Below, piece after piece: positions 28,860-38,190 of a DNA stretch of 64,000 bases. Origin of the DNA: Deltaproteobacteria bacterium. GTDB taxonomy: Bacteria; Myxococcota_A; UBA9160; UBA4427. Under the pieces are notes generated by a model. The model saw only the letters and a list, made by a program, of their open reading frames with translations, did no database searches and was not told where the DNA came from. Positions within the stretch are counted from its first letter, which is position 1. Each line of letters begins with the position of its first letter. Where the stretch lies: positions 193,923 through 257,922 of the forward strand of contig JAJDAN010000021.1 of the NCBI GenBank assembly GCA_029261855.1, read 5' to 3'. The translations under genes were made by a program, and so were the position numbers.

Positions 28860-29960
28860 ATGCGCGCCGCGCTGTTCGAAACCCCCGGTCAGCCGCTCAC
28901 GATCGTGAATGACATCGACATCGCCGACCCTGGCCCGGGCCACGTCCGCGTCGCCGTGTCGTACTGCGGGGTGTGTCATTCAGACCTCAGCATCGTCAAC
29001 GGCAGCTTTCCCGCCGAGCCGCCCATCGTGCTGGGGCACGAGGCCACGGGCATCGTCGACGCCGTCGGTCCCGGCGTCACCATGCTGGCACCTGGCGACC
29101 CCGTCGTGCTGACACCGGCGCCCCCCTGCGGTCGTTGTTACGGGTGCATTCGCGGCGAGCCCGGCACCTGCGTCAACACGGCGGCCCTGTTCGGCAACAG
29201 CCTCCCGGACGGGACCACGCCGCTGTCCCGCAAGGGCGCGCCCGTCAAGCGCGGTGTCGGTGTTGCGGCCTTTGCGGAATACGTGATCACGCCCGAGACC
29301 GGCGCGGTCAAGATCCCGGCCGATGTGCCCCTCGAGGTCGCCTGCGTGATCGGGTGTGCGGTCCAGACCGGCGTCGGCGCCGTCCTGAACACTGCGGGCG
29401 TCGAGGAAGGCGCGACGGTGCTGGTGATGGGCCTCGGCGGGATCGGCATCTCCGTCGTGCAGGGCGCCCGGGTCGCCGGGGCGGCGCGCATCATCGTGTC
29501 GGACCCGGTGCTCGAGCGTCGCGCCGCCGCGCAACAACTCGGCGCCACCCATCTCCTCGACCCGAATAGCGACGACGTGATCACCGCCTCCCGGGACCTG
29601 ACGGGCGGCATCGGAGTCGACTACGCGTTCGAATGCGCAGGCGCTGCGGCGCTCATCAACGTCGGCATCCACGCCAGCCGTGCCGGTGGCACCACCGTGT
29701 GCGTGGGCGCGCCTCCCCTCGACCAGAACATCGAGATCTCGCCGGCGGTCCTCTTTGGCGTCGCCGAAAAGAAGCTCCTCGGATGTCTGCTCGGCAGCTC
29801 GAACTCGCTGCTCGAGATCCCGCGACTGGTGTCCCTGTGGCAAACCGGGCAGCTCGATCTCGAGGCCCTCATCAGCAACCAGCGACCCCTCGCGGAAATC
29901 AACGAGGCCATGGACGACCTCGCCGCGGGCAAGGGCATCCGGACGGTGCTCGCCATCTAG
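28860..29960 (+). CDS. Zinc-dependent alcohol dehydrogenase (MDR family)
   Basis: SD AAGGAG is upstream. GVCHSDL and GHEATGIV are the catalytic Zn ligands, a structural Zn Cys cluster (CGRCYGC) is present, and the Rossmann motif is VMGLGGIG. Confidence 0.9.
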   Translation: MRAALFETPGQPLTIVNDIDIADPGPGHVRVAVSYCGVCHSDLSIVNGSFPAEPPIVLGHEATGIVDAVGPGVTMLAPGDPVVLTPAPPCGRCYGCIRGEPGTCVNTAALFGNSLPDGTTPLSRKGAPVKRGVGVAAFAEYVITPETGAVKIPADVPLEVACVIGCAVQTGVGAVLNTAGVEEGATVLVMGLGGIGISVVQGARVAGAARIIVSDPVLERRAAAQQLGATHLLDPNSDDVITASRDLTGGIGVDYAFECAGAAALINVGIHASRAGGTTVCVGAPPLDQNIEISPAVLFGVAEKKLLGCLLGSSNSLLEIPRLVSLWQTGQLDLEALISNQRPLAEINEAMDDLAAGKGIRTVLAI

Positions 29961-29979
29961 CTCTGATCCGTCAGCGGAC

Positions 29980-30006
29980 CCGGGCGCGACCCCAGTTCGC
30001 GCCCGG
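29980..30006. terminator. GC-rich hairpin between convergent genes (bidirectional terminator candidate)
   Basis: CCGGGCGCGA (29980-29989) and TCGCGCCCGG (29997-30006) form a perfect 10-bp stem with a 7-nt loop. It starts 20 nt after the ADH TAG. There is no U-tract. Confidence 0.45.
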
Positions 30007-30095
30007 AATCGCGCGACGCTCCGTCTCACGCGGCGATTTGGCTCCTGGCACCCGAGTTGGGTATGGGAGATCCCGCCGACGCGCAGGGGCTCCGA

Positions 30096-30890
30096 TCAAG
30101 AGCGCTTGCGCAGCTTCCAGACCTGCTCGCTCGGGTAGTCGTGCGCCCAGTCGGCGTCCACGAAGAAGCGCACCTCGGACCCGCGAGCGGGCGAACGCAG
30201 CTCGTGGTAGGCGACGACGTCGAAGCCGGTGCGGTCGAACAGCGACAGCCATTCGGAGATCGGAAGGTTGAATTCCGTGCCGGTGCTGCCGTCGGGTTCG
30301 CGCCAGTCCATCCGGTGCATTCCGAAGTAGGGATTTCGCAGGGTGTGGTCCACGGGTGCGTCGGAATCGAGCGCCTGGCTCAGCATTGCGAAGGGATGAT
30401 TGCCGAGGAACACGAGCTGTCCGCCCGGCGCCAGCAGACGCCAGGCTTCCGGGATCCACACGAAGGGGTCCGCCCAGATCGCGGCGCCGTACTCGGAGAT
30501 CGCGAAGTCGAAGGACGCGTCCGGGCGCGGGACCCGTTCGGCGTTGCCATGGAGGAGCTCGAGGTCGACGCCGTGTTCCCCTGCGAGACGACGGGCCGTG
30601 GCGAGCTGGCCTTCCGAGTTGTCGATGCCGAGCACCGTCGCGCCCCGGCGGATCATCCACGACGACACGTAGCCCGTGCCACAGCCCAGCTCGATGGCGC
30701 GCATGCCGTTCATGTCTTCGGGCAGCATTCCCAGCTCGGTCTCCGGGATGTGCCAGATGCCCCACTCGGGATCGCCCCGCCAGGAGCGTTCGCCGGCCGC
30801 CACCCAGTCCGCCGCCTGGGCGTCCCAGAGCGCGCGGTTCTTCAGGACGTAGTCGGGCGGGACGGCGACACCTTCCGCGTCACCGGCCAC
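30096..30890 (-). CDS. Class I SAM-dependent methyltransferase
   Basis: Motif I is AIELGCGTGYVSSWMIRRG and motif II is VLGIDNSEGQL. GTG 30890 was chosen as the start. The track start at 30956 would overlap the upstream gene by 77 nt. Confidence 0.8.
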   Translation of the reverse strand: MAGDAEGVAVPPDYVLKNRALWDAQAADWVAAGERSWRGDPEWGIWHIPETELGMLPEDMNGMRAIELGCGTGYVSSWMIRRGATVLGIDNSEGQLATARRLAGEHGVDLELLHGNAERVPRPDASFDFAISEYGAAIWADPFVWIPEAWRLLAPGGQLVFLGNHPFAMLSQALDSDAPVDHTLRNPYFGMHRMDWREPDGSTGTEFNLPISEWLSLFDRTGFDVVAYHELRSPARGSEVRFFVDADWAHDYPSEQVWKLRKRS

Positions 30891-32082
30891 CCAGCGCCTC
30901 GTCGATCTCGTCAGGCGTGAGGCCGACTTCCGCGAGCACCTCGCGCGAGTGCTCACCGAGCCCGGGCGCCGGCACGTCGCTCGTGAGGTCGGAGCCCGAC
31001 ATGCGCAACGGCGCGGCCACCGAACGGAAGCTCCCCGCAGTCGGGTGATTCACCTCGACGAAGGCGCCCGCTTCCTCTGCCGCGGGCTCGGCGACGGCCT
31101 CCTGCAGGGTGAGCACCGGAGCCCAGATCAGGCGGTGGTCGGCGAAGACCTTTCGCCATTCGTCGAGGCTGCGCTCGCCGATGCGTTCGGCCAGGCGCGC
31201 TGTCAACTCCTCGGACCCGCGGTAGCGCTCGACCGGGCCGCTGAATCGCTCGTCGGCCGCGAGATCCTCGAGGCCCAGCGCCTTGCAGAGCGTCGGCCAG
31301 TAGCGGTCCGATTCGATCATCACGAGGAAGATCCAGCGGCCGTCCCGTGTCTGGTAGTGGTTCCACAGGGGGTTCCGCGGTCGACTGCGGTCGTGCCGCG
31401 GAGGCGCCTCGCCCGTGGCCAGGGCCTGGGCGGCATCGTTGCCCTGGATGTAGAGGCCCACGTGGAGCAGGTTGACGTCCACGACCTGTCCGGCCCCTGT
31501 CTTGTCTCGCACGCGCAAAGCGGCCAGCACGCCGGTCACGACGGACAGCGCGAGCGCGTGATCGCCGACGCCACCGCGCAGAAAGGAAGGCGGCACGCCT
31601 TCGTCGCGCATCTGGTCCATGAAGCCCGCACGCGCCCAGTACGCGGTGTAGTCGAAGGCCGGCTCGTCGGCATTCGCGCCGTCGGGCCCGTAGCCACTGA
31701 CGCGCGCGCAGATGAGCTCAGGACGGTCTGCACGCAGGGTGGCCGGGTCGAGGCCGTACTTCACGAGACGTCCGGGCAACATGTTCGTGATCACGATGTC
31801 CGCCTGCGCGATCAGACGCGTGAGCGCGCGACGCGCGGGCGCTCGCGTCACGTCGAGGGTCAGGGACCGTTTGCCGCGGTTGTCCATCTGGAAGTGCGCC
31901 GCCTCGGGGAACGGGTGGCGGATGCCGTTCGTCCGGGGCGTCGAATGCCGATAGATCTCGCCGTGGGGCACCTCGACCTTCACGACGTCGGCGCCGAGGT
32001 CGCGCAGCAGCGCTCCCGCGGCCGGCGCCGCCACGTAGCTCGCGATCTCGACGACGCGGATCCCCTCGAGCGGTGCGGTCAT
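30880..32082 (-). CDS. Family III CoA-transferase (CaiB/BaiF)
   Basis: PLEGIRVVEIASYVAAPAAGALLRDLGADVVKVE is the typical N-terminus. 400 aa. Confidence 0.9.
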   Translation of the reverse strand: MTAPLEGIRVVEIASYVAAPAAGALLRDLGADVVKVEVPHGEIYRHSTPRTNGIRHPFPEAAHFQMDNRGKRSLTLDVTRAPARRALTRLIAQADIVITNMLPGRLVKYGLDPATLRADRPELICARVSGYGPDGANADEPAFDYTAYWARAGFMDQMRDEGVPPSFLRGGVGDHALALSVVTGVLAALRVRDKTGAGQVVDVNLLHVGLYIQGNDAAQALATGEAPPRHDRSRPRNPLWNHYQTRDGRWIFLVMIESDRYWPTLCKALGLEDLAADERFSGPVERYRGSEELTARLAERIGERSLDEWRKVFADHRLIWAPVLTLQEAVAEPAAEEAGAFVEVNHPTAGSFRSVAAPLRMSGSDLTSDVPAPGLGEHSREVLAEVGLTPDEIDEALGGR

Positions 32083-32157
32083 GTGCGCGGACTCCTTGCG
32101 AAGGAGCCCGCGACCGTAGGCGATGCCAGGGGGTCTCGCGAGCTTCCAGGACGGGCC

Positions 32158-33498
32158 TCAGCGATAGCGATTGATGCGGTTCTCGAGCGCTTCCTGACGA
32201 CCGGACACGGGCTTCGGGTCGAGCTTGCGGTCCAGGGCCAGGTCCGCGAGCGCCGCCAGGTCGGTATCGCCGGCCAGGATGGATCGCCCCAGATCACCGC
32301 CCCAAGCCGCGTAGCGCTGCTCGACATGCTCGGCGATCGCGCCGTCCTCGATCATGGCCGCGGCGACCAGCAGCCCCCGCGCCAGGATGTCGACGCCTCC
32401 GACGTGCGCGTGGAACAGATCCACGGGTTCCACGGACTGACGCCGCAGCTTGGCGTCGAAGTTGAAGCCTCCGCTGCCGAGTCCGCCCGCTTGCAGCAGC
32501 GCGTACCAGGCGAGACTCACTTCCTCGAGGGAATTCGGAAACTGATCGGTGTCCCAGCCGAGCTGCGGATCGCCGCGATTGATGTCCAGGCTACCGAGGA
32601 GGCCGTGCGCCGCCGCGTAGGCGATCTCGTGCTGGAAGCTGTGCCCGGCCAGGGTTGCGTGGTTGACCTCGATGTTGAGCCGGATCTCGTTCTCGAGCCC
32701 GTGCTCCTGCAGGAAGGCGTGGACCGCCGCGGCGTCGAAGTCGTACTGGTGCTTCGTCGGCTCCATCGGCTTGGGTTCGATCAGGATCGCGCCCTCGAAG
32801 CCGATCTTGTGCTTGTGCTCGACCACCAGGTTCATGAAGCGACCCAGCTGCCGGTTCTCGCGCGCGAGGTCCGTATTGAGCAGCGTGTCATAACCTTCGC
32901 GGCCCCCCCAGAGCACGTAGTTGGCGCCACCGAGCCGATGGGCTGCCTCGAGGGCGTCGCGCACCTGCAGCGCAGCGCAGGCGAACACGTCGGGATCCGG
33001 GTTGGTGGCGGCGCCCGCCGCATAGCGCGGGTGGCCGAACAGGTTGGCGGTGCTCCACAGCAGCCCGACACCGGTCCGGTCCATGGCGGCCTCTGCCCGG
33101 TCGAGCATGTGCGCCAGATTCTCGTGCCCTTCCGCGAGACTCGCGCCCTCGGGTGCCAGATCGCGGTCGTGGAAGGTGTAGAACGGCGCGCCAATCTTCG
33201 AGAAGAACTCGAAGGCCACCTCGAGCTTGCGTTCGGCCTGGGCCAGGGGATCGCCCGCGCCGTGCCACGGCCTGGCGAAGACCCCCTCGCCGAAGACGTC
33301 GTCGCCCGGCCAGCAGAAGCTGTGCCAGTAGCAGACCGCGAAGCGCAGGTGATCGCGCATGGACCGGCCCAGCACGATCCGGTCCGCGTCGTAGTAGCGG
33401 TACGCCAGGGGATCGTCCGTGTCGGGCCCGGCGAAGCGGACACTCTCGATCTCGGGGAAGAAGGGGTCGGTGGAGGAAGGCTCGAGGGTTCGGGTCAT
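32158..33498 (-). CDS. xylA: Xylose isomerase
   Basis: The start is the internal ATG 33498. [25 protein letters not shown]...[13 protein letters not shown]...FHDRD...[16 protein letters not shown]...[12 protein letters not shown] matches class II XylA throughout. Confidence 0.95.
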   Translation of the reverse strand: MTRTLEPSSTDPFFPEIESVRFAGPDTDDPLAYRYYDADRIVLGRSMRDHLRFAVCYWHSFCWPGDDVFGEGVFARPWHGAGDPLAQAERKLEVAFEFFSKIGAPFYTFHDRDLAPEGASLAEGHENLAHMLDRAEAAMDRTGVGLLWSTANLFGHPRYAAGAATNPDPDVFACAALQVRDALEAAHRLGGANYVLWGGREGYDTLLNTDLARENRQLGRFMNLVVEHKHKIGFEGAILIEPKPMEPTKHQYDFDAAAVHAFLQEHGLENEIRLNIEVNHATLAGHSFQHEIAYAAAHGLLGSLDINRGDPQLGWDTDQFPNSLEEVSLAWYALLQAGGLGSGGFNFDAKLRRQSVEPVDLFHAHVGGVDILARGLLVAAAMIEDGAIAEHVEQRYAAWGGDLGRSILAGDTDLAALADLALDRKLDPKPVSGRQEALENRINRYR

Positions 33499-33551
33499 CC
33501 GGCGCTCTCCAGATTGGCGACGCGTTCCTGGACGCGTTCCTGGAAGGGGTC

Positions 33552-35045
33552 CTAGAAGTGTTGCTGAAGCGAATCGTACAGACGGGCGAATCGCTCGCGA
33601 CGCCGGGCGAGAGCGTCGCGCAAGCCCGGGTCGACCGCGATGACGTCCGCCAGCGGCGGCCGGACGCACACGGCTTCCGGTGACTCACCCGTTGCGGCGA
33701 GTCGCCCGAGCCGCGCGGCACCCAGGGCGGGACCGACCTCAGCCCCGGCGATGCGCTCGAGCGGACGATCCAGGGCGGCGGCGAGTACGCGCCCCCAGGC
33801 GTCGCTGCGCGCGCCTCCGCCGATGAAGGAGACGCGTTCGACGCTCGCGCCGGTGGAGAGCACCGCGTCCTGGCCTTCAGCCAGCGCGAAGGCGACCCCC
33901 TCGAGCACGGAAGCGACGAGCTCGCCCGGCCCGGTGTCGTGGGTCATCCCGAAGAAGACTCCCTTCGCATCGGGATCGTTGTGAGGCGTCCGCTCACCCG
34001 ACAGGTACGGCAAGAAGAGCGGAATCGCCTCGCTCCGTCCCGGGGACGAGCCCTCCGCGAGCACCGGCTCTGCGACGGCGAGGGCCTGTGCTTCGTCGGC
34101 TGCACCGATCAAGTGGGACACCCAGGTGAGGCAGCTGGCCGCGCTCAGGATCACCGACATCTGGTGCCAGCGTCCGGGCAGACAGTGACAGAAGGCATGC
34201 ACCGCCCGCGCGGGATTCGGTGCGAAGGCGTCCCCTGCCACGAAGTACACACCCGACGTCCCCAGCGCGAGAGACGCGCTGCCGGACGCGATGATTCCGG
34301 CGCCGGCGGCGCCCGCCGCCTGGTCGCCGGCGCCGCCGGCCACCACGACGTCCGCCCGCATGCCGAGCCGGCGGGCGAGATCTCCGCGCAGCGTTCCCGT
34401 CGCTTCGTTGCCCTCGTACAGGCGGGGCATCGACGCGAGACGCAGCCCGCAGGCGTCCACGACGTCCGGCGACCAGGCGCGCCGCGCGACATCGAGCCAC
34501 AAGGTGCCCGACGCGTCGGACATGTCGGACGCGTGGTCGCCGGTCAGCCGCAAGCGCAGATAGTCCTTCGGCAACAAGACGCGCTCGACCCGGGCCGCCA
34601 GCTCGGGTTCGTGCTGCTGCAGCCAGACCAGCTTCGGCGCGGTGAAACCCGGCATGACGAGATTCCCGGTCACCTCGCGGATCGTCGGCACCCGCCGTTC
34701 GAGTTCGCGACAGGCATCCGCGCTGCGGCCGTCGTTCCACAGGATGGCGGGCCGCAGCACGCGGTCCGACCTGTCGAGCAGGGTCGCGCCGTGCATCTGT
34801 CCGGAGAGTCCGATGCCGCGTACCGCCGCCAGCGCAGACGGCGCACGGGCCTGCAACCTCGCGGCAGCAAGCTCCGTCGCGGCCCACCAGTCCTCCGGAT
34901 CCTGCTCGGACCAGAGCGGGCGCGGTCGGCTCACCGAGAGCGGCGCCGTTTCCTGATCGACGATCGAGCCGTCTGTGGCCAGCAGCAACAGCTTCACGCC
35001 CGAGGTCCCGAGATCGATCCCGAGGAAGGTGTCGTCGGCTACCAC
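33552..35045 (-). CDS. xylB: Xylulokinase (FGGY family)
   Basis: [28 protein letters not shown] and GGGARS are the FGGY kinase motifs. It is adjacent to xylA. Confidence 0.9.
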   Translation of the reverse strand: MVADDTFLGIDLGTSGVKLLLLATDGSIVDQETAPLSVSRPRPLWSEQDPEDWWAATELAAARLQARAPSALAAVRGIGLSGQMHGATLLDRSDRVLRPAILWNDGRSADACRELERRVPTIREVTGNLVMPGFTAPKLVWLQQHEPELAARVERVLLPKDYLRLRLTGDHASDMSDASGTLWLDVARRAWSPDVVDACGLRLASMPRLYEGNEATGTLRGDLARRLGMRADVVVAGGAGDQAAGAAGAGIIASGSASLALGTSGVYFVAGDAFAPNPARAVHAFCHCLPGRWHQMSVILSAASCLTWVSHLIGAADEAQALAVAEPVLAEGSSPGRSEAIPLFLPYLSGERTPHNDPDAKGVFFGMTHDTGPGELVASVLEGVAFALAEGQDAVLSTGASVERVSFIGGGARSDAWGRVLAAALDRPLERIAGAEVGPALGAARLGRLAATGESPEAVCVRPPLADVIAVDPGLRDALARRRERFARLYDSLQQHF

Positions 35046-35052
35046 CTCCGCA

Positions 35053-36240
35053 TTATCCCCTCGTCCGCGAACCCGGCAACACCTCGGCCAGTGCGTCGGA
35101 CAACAGCTCGAGCATCTGGTCGACCTCGCTGGCAGTGACTGTCAAGGCCGGCATCAGCCGGATCAAGTCGGGCCGCGGTGCGTTCACGAGACCGCCCCGT
35201 TCGAAGCACGCGCGGACGACGTCTCCGGAAGCCGGCGTCGCCAGCCGCAGGGCCAACAAGAAGCCCCGCCCCCGGATCCCGAGGCATCCATGCGTGCGCG
35301 AGATCCGATCGAGGCCCGCAGCGAGGCGCACGGCCACCTGCAGGCGCGCCGCGACGAACGCGGGATCCAGGAGTCGCTCGAGTACGGCGAGCCCGACGGC
35401 GGCCATCAGCGGGTTGCCCGCGTAGGTACCGCCCTGATCGCCCGGCTCGAAGCAGCAGACCGCCTCCTTCGCGAGCAACGCCGCGAGCGGAACGCCCCCG
35501 CCGATTCCCTTGCCGAGGGTCATGACATCCGGCTCGATTCCGTCGGCCTGATGGGCGAACAGCGGACCCGTTCGCCCCATCCCCGTCTGCACCTCGTCGA
35601 GCATCAGCAAGACTCCGCGCCGCGCGGTCAGATCGCGGAGGTCGCGCAAGTAGCCTTCGGCGGGGACGACGACGCCACCTTCGCCCTGGATCGGCTCGAC
35701 CAGGACCGCGGCCGTCTCATCGCCGATGGCCTTGGCGACGGCGCCGACATCGCCAAAGGGAACCTTGCGGAAGCCCGGCATCGCGGGCGGAAAGATCGCG
35801 TCCCACCCGGGCTTGCCCGTGGCTGCCATGGTGGCGAGGGTGCGGCCGTGGAAGCCGCCGTGTGTGGTCACGATTTCGAAGGCCCCGCCGCGCTGCCGCT
35901 GGCCCCACTTCCGCGCGAGCTTGATGGCGCCCTCGTTGGCTTCGGCACCGGTGCTCGTAAAGAAGGCCCGATCGAGGGAGCACTGGGCCGTCAGGGCCCG
36001 AGCCAGCTCGATCTGCGGGCGATTGTGGAAGGCCGGGCTCGGGGTCAGCAGCAAGCCGGACTGGGCGGCCAGCGCGTTCTGGATCTCCGGCGGTGCATGA
36101 CCGAGGGCGTTCACCGCCCAGCCCTGGACGAAGTCCAGATAGCGCCGACCGGCTTCGTCCCACAGCCAGGATCCCTCGCCGCGCACCATCACACCGGGCG
36201 GCCGTTCGGTAACGGTCATGAGCGCATCGGGCGGATTCAT
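35053..36240 (-). CDS. argD: Class III aminotransferase, acetylornithine aminotransferase (ArgD)-like
   Basis: ATG 36240 has SD AGGAG about 10 nt upstream (the track ORF extends to 36483). FVQGWAVNALGHAPP, STGAEANEGAIKLARK and DEVQTGMGRTGPLFAHQ...TLGKGIGGGVP (PLP Lys) are present. Substrate assignment within the family is by similarity only. Confidence 0.75.
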   Translation of the reverse strand: MNPPDALMTVTERPPGVMVRGEGSWLWDEAGRRYLDFVQGWAVNALGHAPPEIQNALAAQSGLLLTPSPAFHNRPQIELARALTAQCSLDRAFFTSTGAEANEGAIKLARKWGQRQRGGAFEIVTTHGGFHGRTLATMAATGKPGWDAIFPPAMPGFRKVPFGDVGAVAKAIGDETAAVLVEPIQGEGGVVVPAEGYLRDLRDLTARRGVLLMLDEVQTGMGRTGPLFAHQADGIEPDVMTLGKGIGGGVPLAALLAKEAVCCFEPGDQGGTYAGNPLMAAVGLAVLERLLDPAFVAARLQVAVRLAAGLDRISRTHGCLGIRGRGFLLALRLATPASGDVVRACFERGGLVNAPRPDLIRLMPALTVTASEVDQMLELLSDALAEVLPGSRTRG

Positions 36241-36298
36241 TTCGTGCATTCTCCTGTTCGCCCGCCCCGGCGAGGAGGCCGGTCCGCACGAACGCACG

Positions 36299-36325
36299 AA
36301 AAAGGCCGCCTCGAGAGGGGCGGCC
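36299..36325 (-). terminator. Intrinsic-terminator-like hairpin plus T5 inside the argD 5' region (attenuator or sRNA terminator candidate)
   Basis: The minus strand reads GGCCGCC-CCTCTCGA-GGCGGCC-TTTTT (7 G:C pairs, 8-nt loop, then five T). A T5 run after a GC stem is rare in this window. It lies about 60 nt upstream of the argD ATG, with no upstream minus-strand gene to terminate. Confidence 0.6.
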
Positions 36326-36373
36326 GGGTTCCGATCGGGTTGGGTTCGGGCTCCGAGAGAACCGGAGCTGGAA

Positions 36374-36445
36374 TCAGAGGACGGACCGCCGCCGCACATG
36401 AGCACGGCGACGACGCAAGCAGCTGGGAAGGAGTGCGGTCCGCAT
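36374..36445 (-). CDS. Speculative 23-codon Arg-rich leader mini-ORF
   Basis: ATG CGG ACC GCA CTC CTT CCC AGC TGC TTG CGT CGT CGC CGT GCT CAT GTG CGG CGG CGG TCC GTC CTC TGA translates to MRTALLPSCLRRRRAHVRRRSVL, with 8 of 23 codons Arg. It lies between the candidate promoter and the terminator. Arg-rich frames also arise by chance in GC-rich DNA. Confidence 0.2.
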   Translation of the reverse strand: MRTALLPSCLRRRRAHVRRRSVL

Positions 36446-36454
36446 GATCGCGCG

Positions 36455-36483
36455 ACTGTACGGACGCTCCCGCCCACGGTCAA
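36455..36483 (-). promoter_or_regulatory. Candidate sigma70-type promoter driving the argD leader
   Basis: The minus strand reads TTGACC (36483-36478), a 17-nt spacer, then TACAGT (36460-36455). Motif match only. Confidence 0.35.
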
Positions 36484-36503
36484 CCACCCCTAGACTCTCG
36501 GCC

Positions 36504-37469
36504 ATGAACGACCCGGCAAGCCATGACAAGGTCCGTACGGAATTCGTCGACGCGGGCGGAATGCGTTTCGAGATCCACGCCAGCGGCGACGACGCCAGCG
36601 ACCGTCTGGCGCTGCTGCTGCACGGATTCCCCGAGCACGCGATCTCGTGGCGTCACCAGATCCCCATGCTCGCACGACTGGGCTACAGGGTCTGGGCGCC
36701 CAATCAGCGCGGCTACGGGCGCAGCGACAAGCCGCCGCGCATCGAGGACTACCGGCTGGACCGCCTGGTCGGCGACGTGAAGGCCCTGATCGAGGCCTCG
36801 GGCGCCCGCCACGTCACGTTGTTCGGCCACGATTGGGGCGGCGCCGTGGCCTGGGCGGCGGCCCTTGCGCACGTGCCGAAGGTCGAGCGGCTGGTGGTCA
36901 TGAACCTGCCGCATCCGCGGAAGTTCACGGAAGCGCTGCGCTCCTCGTGGCGCCAACGTCTGCGTTCCTGGTACATCCTGCTGTTCCAGATCCCGCGCCT
37001 GCCCGAGTGGCTGCTCGGCCGCAAGCGCGCGCAGCTCGTCGCAGACGCCTTCCGCAAGGCGACGGAGAACCCGGACCGTTTCCCGAACGACGTGATCGAG
37101 ATCTACCGCGAGAACGCCCTGCAGCCCGGGGCGCTGACGGGCATGGTCAACTGGTACCGCGCGGCCGCACGCACCCCGAAGGCCGACCGCGACCGCTGGC
37201 TCGGTACCGGCATCCTCGACACACCCACCTTGATGGTCTGGGGCGAGCGCGACCAGGCCCTCGGCAAGGAACTCACCTACGGCACCGAAGAGCTGGTCTC
37301 GGATTTCACGATCCGCTACCTGCCGACCTCGCACTGGGTCAACCAGGAGATGCCCGACGAGACCAATGCCATCGTCGAGGCCTGGCTCACGGGCCAACCG
37401 GTCCCGGACTTCGGCCCCGACCCGGGCTCGGAAACCCCTCGGATCACAGCAGGAGACAGAGACGCATGA
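36504..37469 (+). CDS. Alpha/beta hydrolase, epoxide hydrolase-like
   Basis: The start is ATG 36504 within the track ORF. HGFPEHAISWRHQ, the nucleophile elbow GHDWGG, and the C-terminal His region (YLPTSHWVNQE) are present. Confidence 0.85.
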   Translation: MNDPASHDKVRTEFVDAGGMRFEIHASGDDASDRLALLLHGFPEHAISWRHQIPMLARLGYRVWAPNQRGYGRSDKPPRIEDYRLDRLVGDVKALIEASGARHVTLFGHDWGGAVAWAAALAHVPKVERLVVMNLPHPRKFTEALRSSWRQRLRSWYILLFQIPRLPEWLLGRKRAQLVADAFRKATENPDRFPNDVIEIYRENALQPGALTGMVNWYRAAARTPKADRDRWLGTGILDTPTLMVWGERDQALGKELTYGTEELVSDFTIRYLPTSHWVNQEMPDETNAIVEAWLTGQPVPDFGPDPGSETPRITAGDRDA

Positions 37470-37858
37470 GCGCCAAAGGCATCCAGAAGGTCAACGTCGA
37501 TGGGCTCGGGAAGCTGCCCGCGTTCTGCCACGCCGTGGTCGCGGGAGGCTTCGTCTACGTGTCGGGAACCCTCGGCACCAAGCCGAACTCGTTCGAACTG
37601 GTGGCCGGCGGCACCGGGCCCCAGACGACCCAGACCCTGCGCAACATCGAGACGATCCTGAAGGGCTGCGGCGCGGGGATCGAGCACCTCGTCAAGGTGA
37701 ACGTCTTCCTGGCCGACATGGCGACCTTCGCCGACATGAACGCCGCCTACCTCGAGGTGATCGGCGAAGACCCGCCCGCCCGCATCACCGTGGGCCGTAC
37801 GGCGCTCGCTCTGGGTGCCGCAGTCGAGATCGACGCTATCGCTTATATCGGCGACTGA
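37466..37858 (+). CDS. ridA: RidA/YjgF-family reactive-intermediate deaminase
   Basis: It shares an ATGA overlap with the upstream stop, and SD AGGAG lies at 37451. FVYVSGTLG...TTQTLRNIETIL...LVKVNVFLADMATFADMNAAY...PARITVG...VEIDAIA is the classic RidA pattern. Confidence 0.9.
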   Translation: MSAKGIQKVNVDGLGKLPAFCHAVVAGGFVYVSGTLGTKPNSFELVAGGTGPQTTQTLRNIETILKGCGAGIEHLVKVNVFLADMATFADMNAAYLEVIGEDPPARITVGRTALALGAAVEIDAIAYIGD

Positions 37859-37986
37859 GCGGAAGCTCAGATCGCTTCGCCGCGGCGCGATCGGCGACTG
37901 AGCGGAAGCCCAGGTCGCTCGCCGCGGCGCGATCGGCGACTGAGCGGGAGCTCAGGTCGCTTCGCCGCAGCGCGATCGGCGACTGA
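37847..37986. repeat. 3.3 copies of a 42-43-nt tandem repeat, each with a GNRA-looped hairpin, filling the ridA/nqrM convergent spacer
   Basis: Units start at 37847, 37890, 37932 and 37975 (the last partial). The unit is ATCGGCGACTGAGCGGAAGCTCAGATCGCTTCGCCGCGGCGCG. Its first 12 nt are the last three ridA codons plus TGA. Each unit contains CTGAGC-GGAA/GGGA-GCTCAG and the palindrome CGCCGCGGCG. Confidence 0.9.
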
Positions 37987-37995
37987 TTCGACGCT

Positions 37996-38190
37996 TCAGC
38001 TGCCAGCCGGTGAGGCCGCGTCCCGGCGGCGCTTGAGCTCGCAGGTTTCCTGGGCGGCATCGTCGCAGGGGCAGTCCGCGCCGGGACCGCCGCAAGAGCC
38101 CTTGAGCCGCCGGCCGTGCACCATCACACCGATCGCCATCGCCGCCATGATCGCGGCGAACAGCAGGAAAGTGGCGAGGAAGGTCTGCAT
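37996..38190 (-). CDS. nqrM: Na+-NQR maturation protein NqrM
   Basis: 64 aa. It has one TM segment (FLATFLLFAAIMAAMAIGV) followed by the conserved Cys pattern GSCGG...CPC...C. It lies directly after apbE at the end of the nqr operon. Confidence 0.85.
   Translation of the reverse strand: MQTFLATFLLFAAIMAAMAIGVMVHGRRLKGSCGGPGADCPCDDAAQETCELKRRRDAASPAGS

Noticed and set aside
37847-37986. The tandem array considered as a CRISPR locus, and the 74-aa minus-strand ORF 37836..38060 across it considered as a gene.
   Set aside because: The repeats are contiguous with no unique spacers and there are no cas genes, so this is not a CRISPR array. The ORF is simply the repeat read in one frame (a repetitive SVADRAAA peptide) and overlaps the ridA end.
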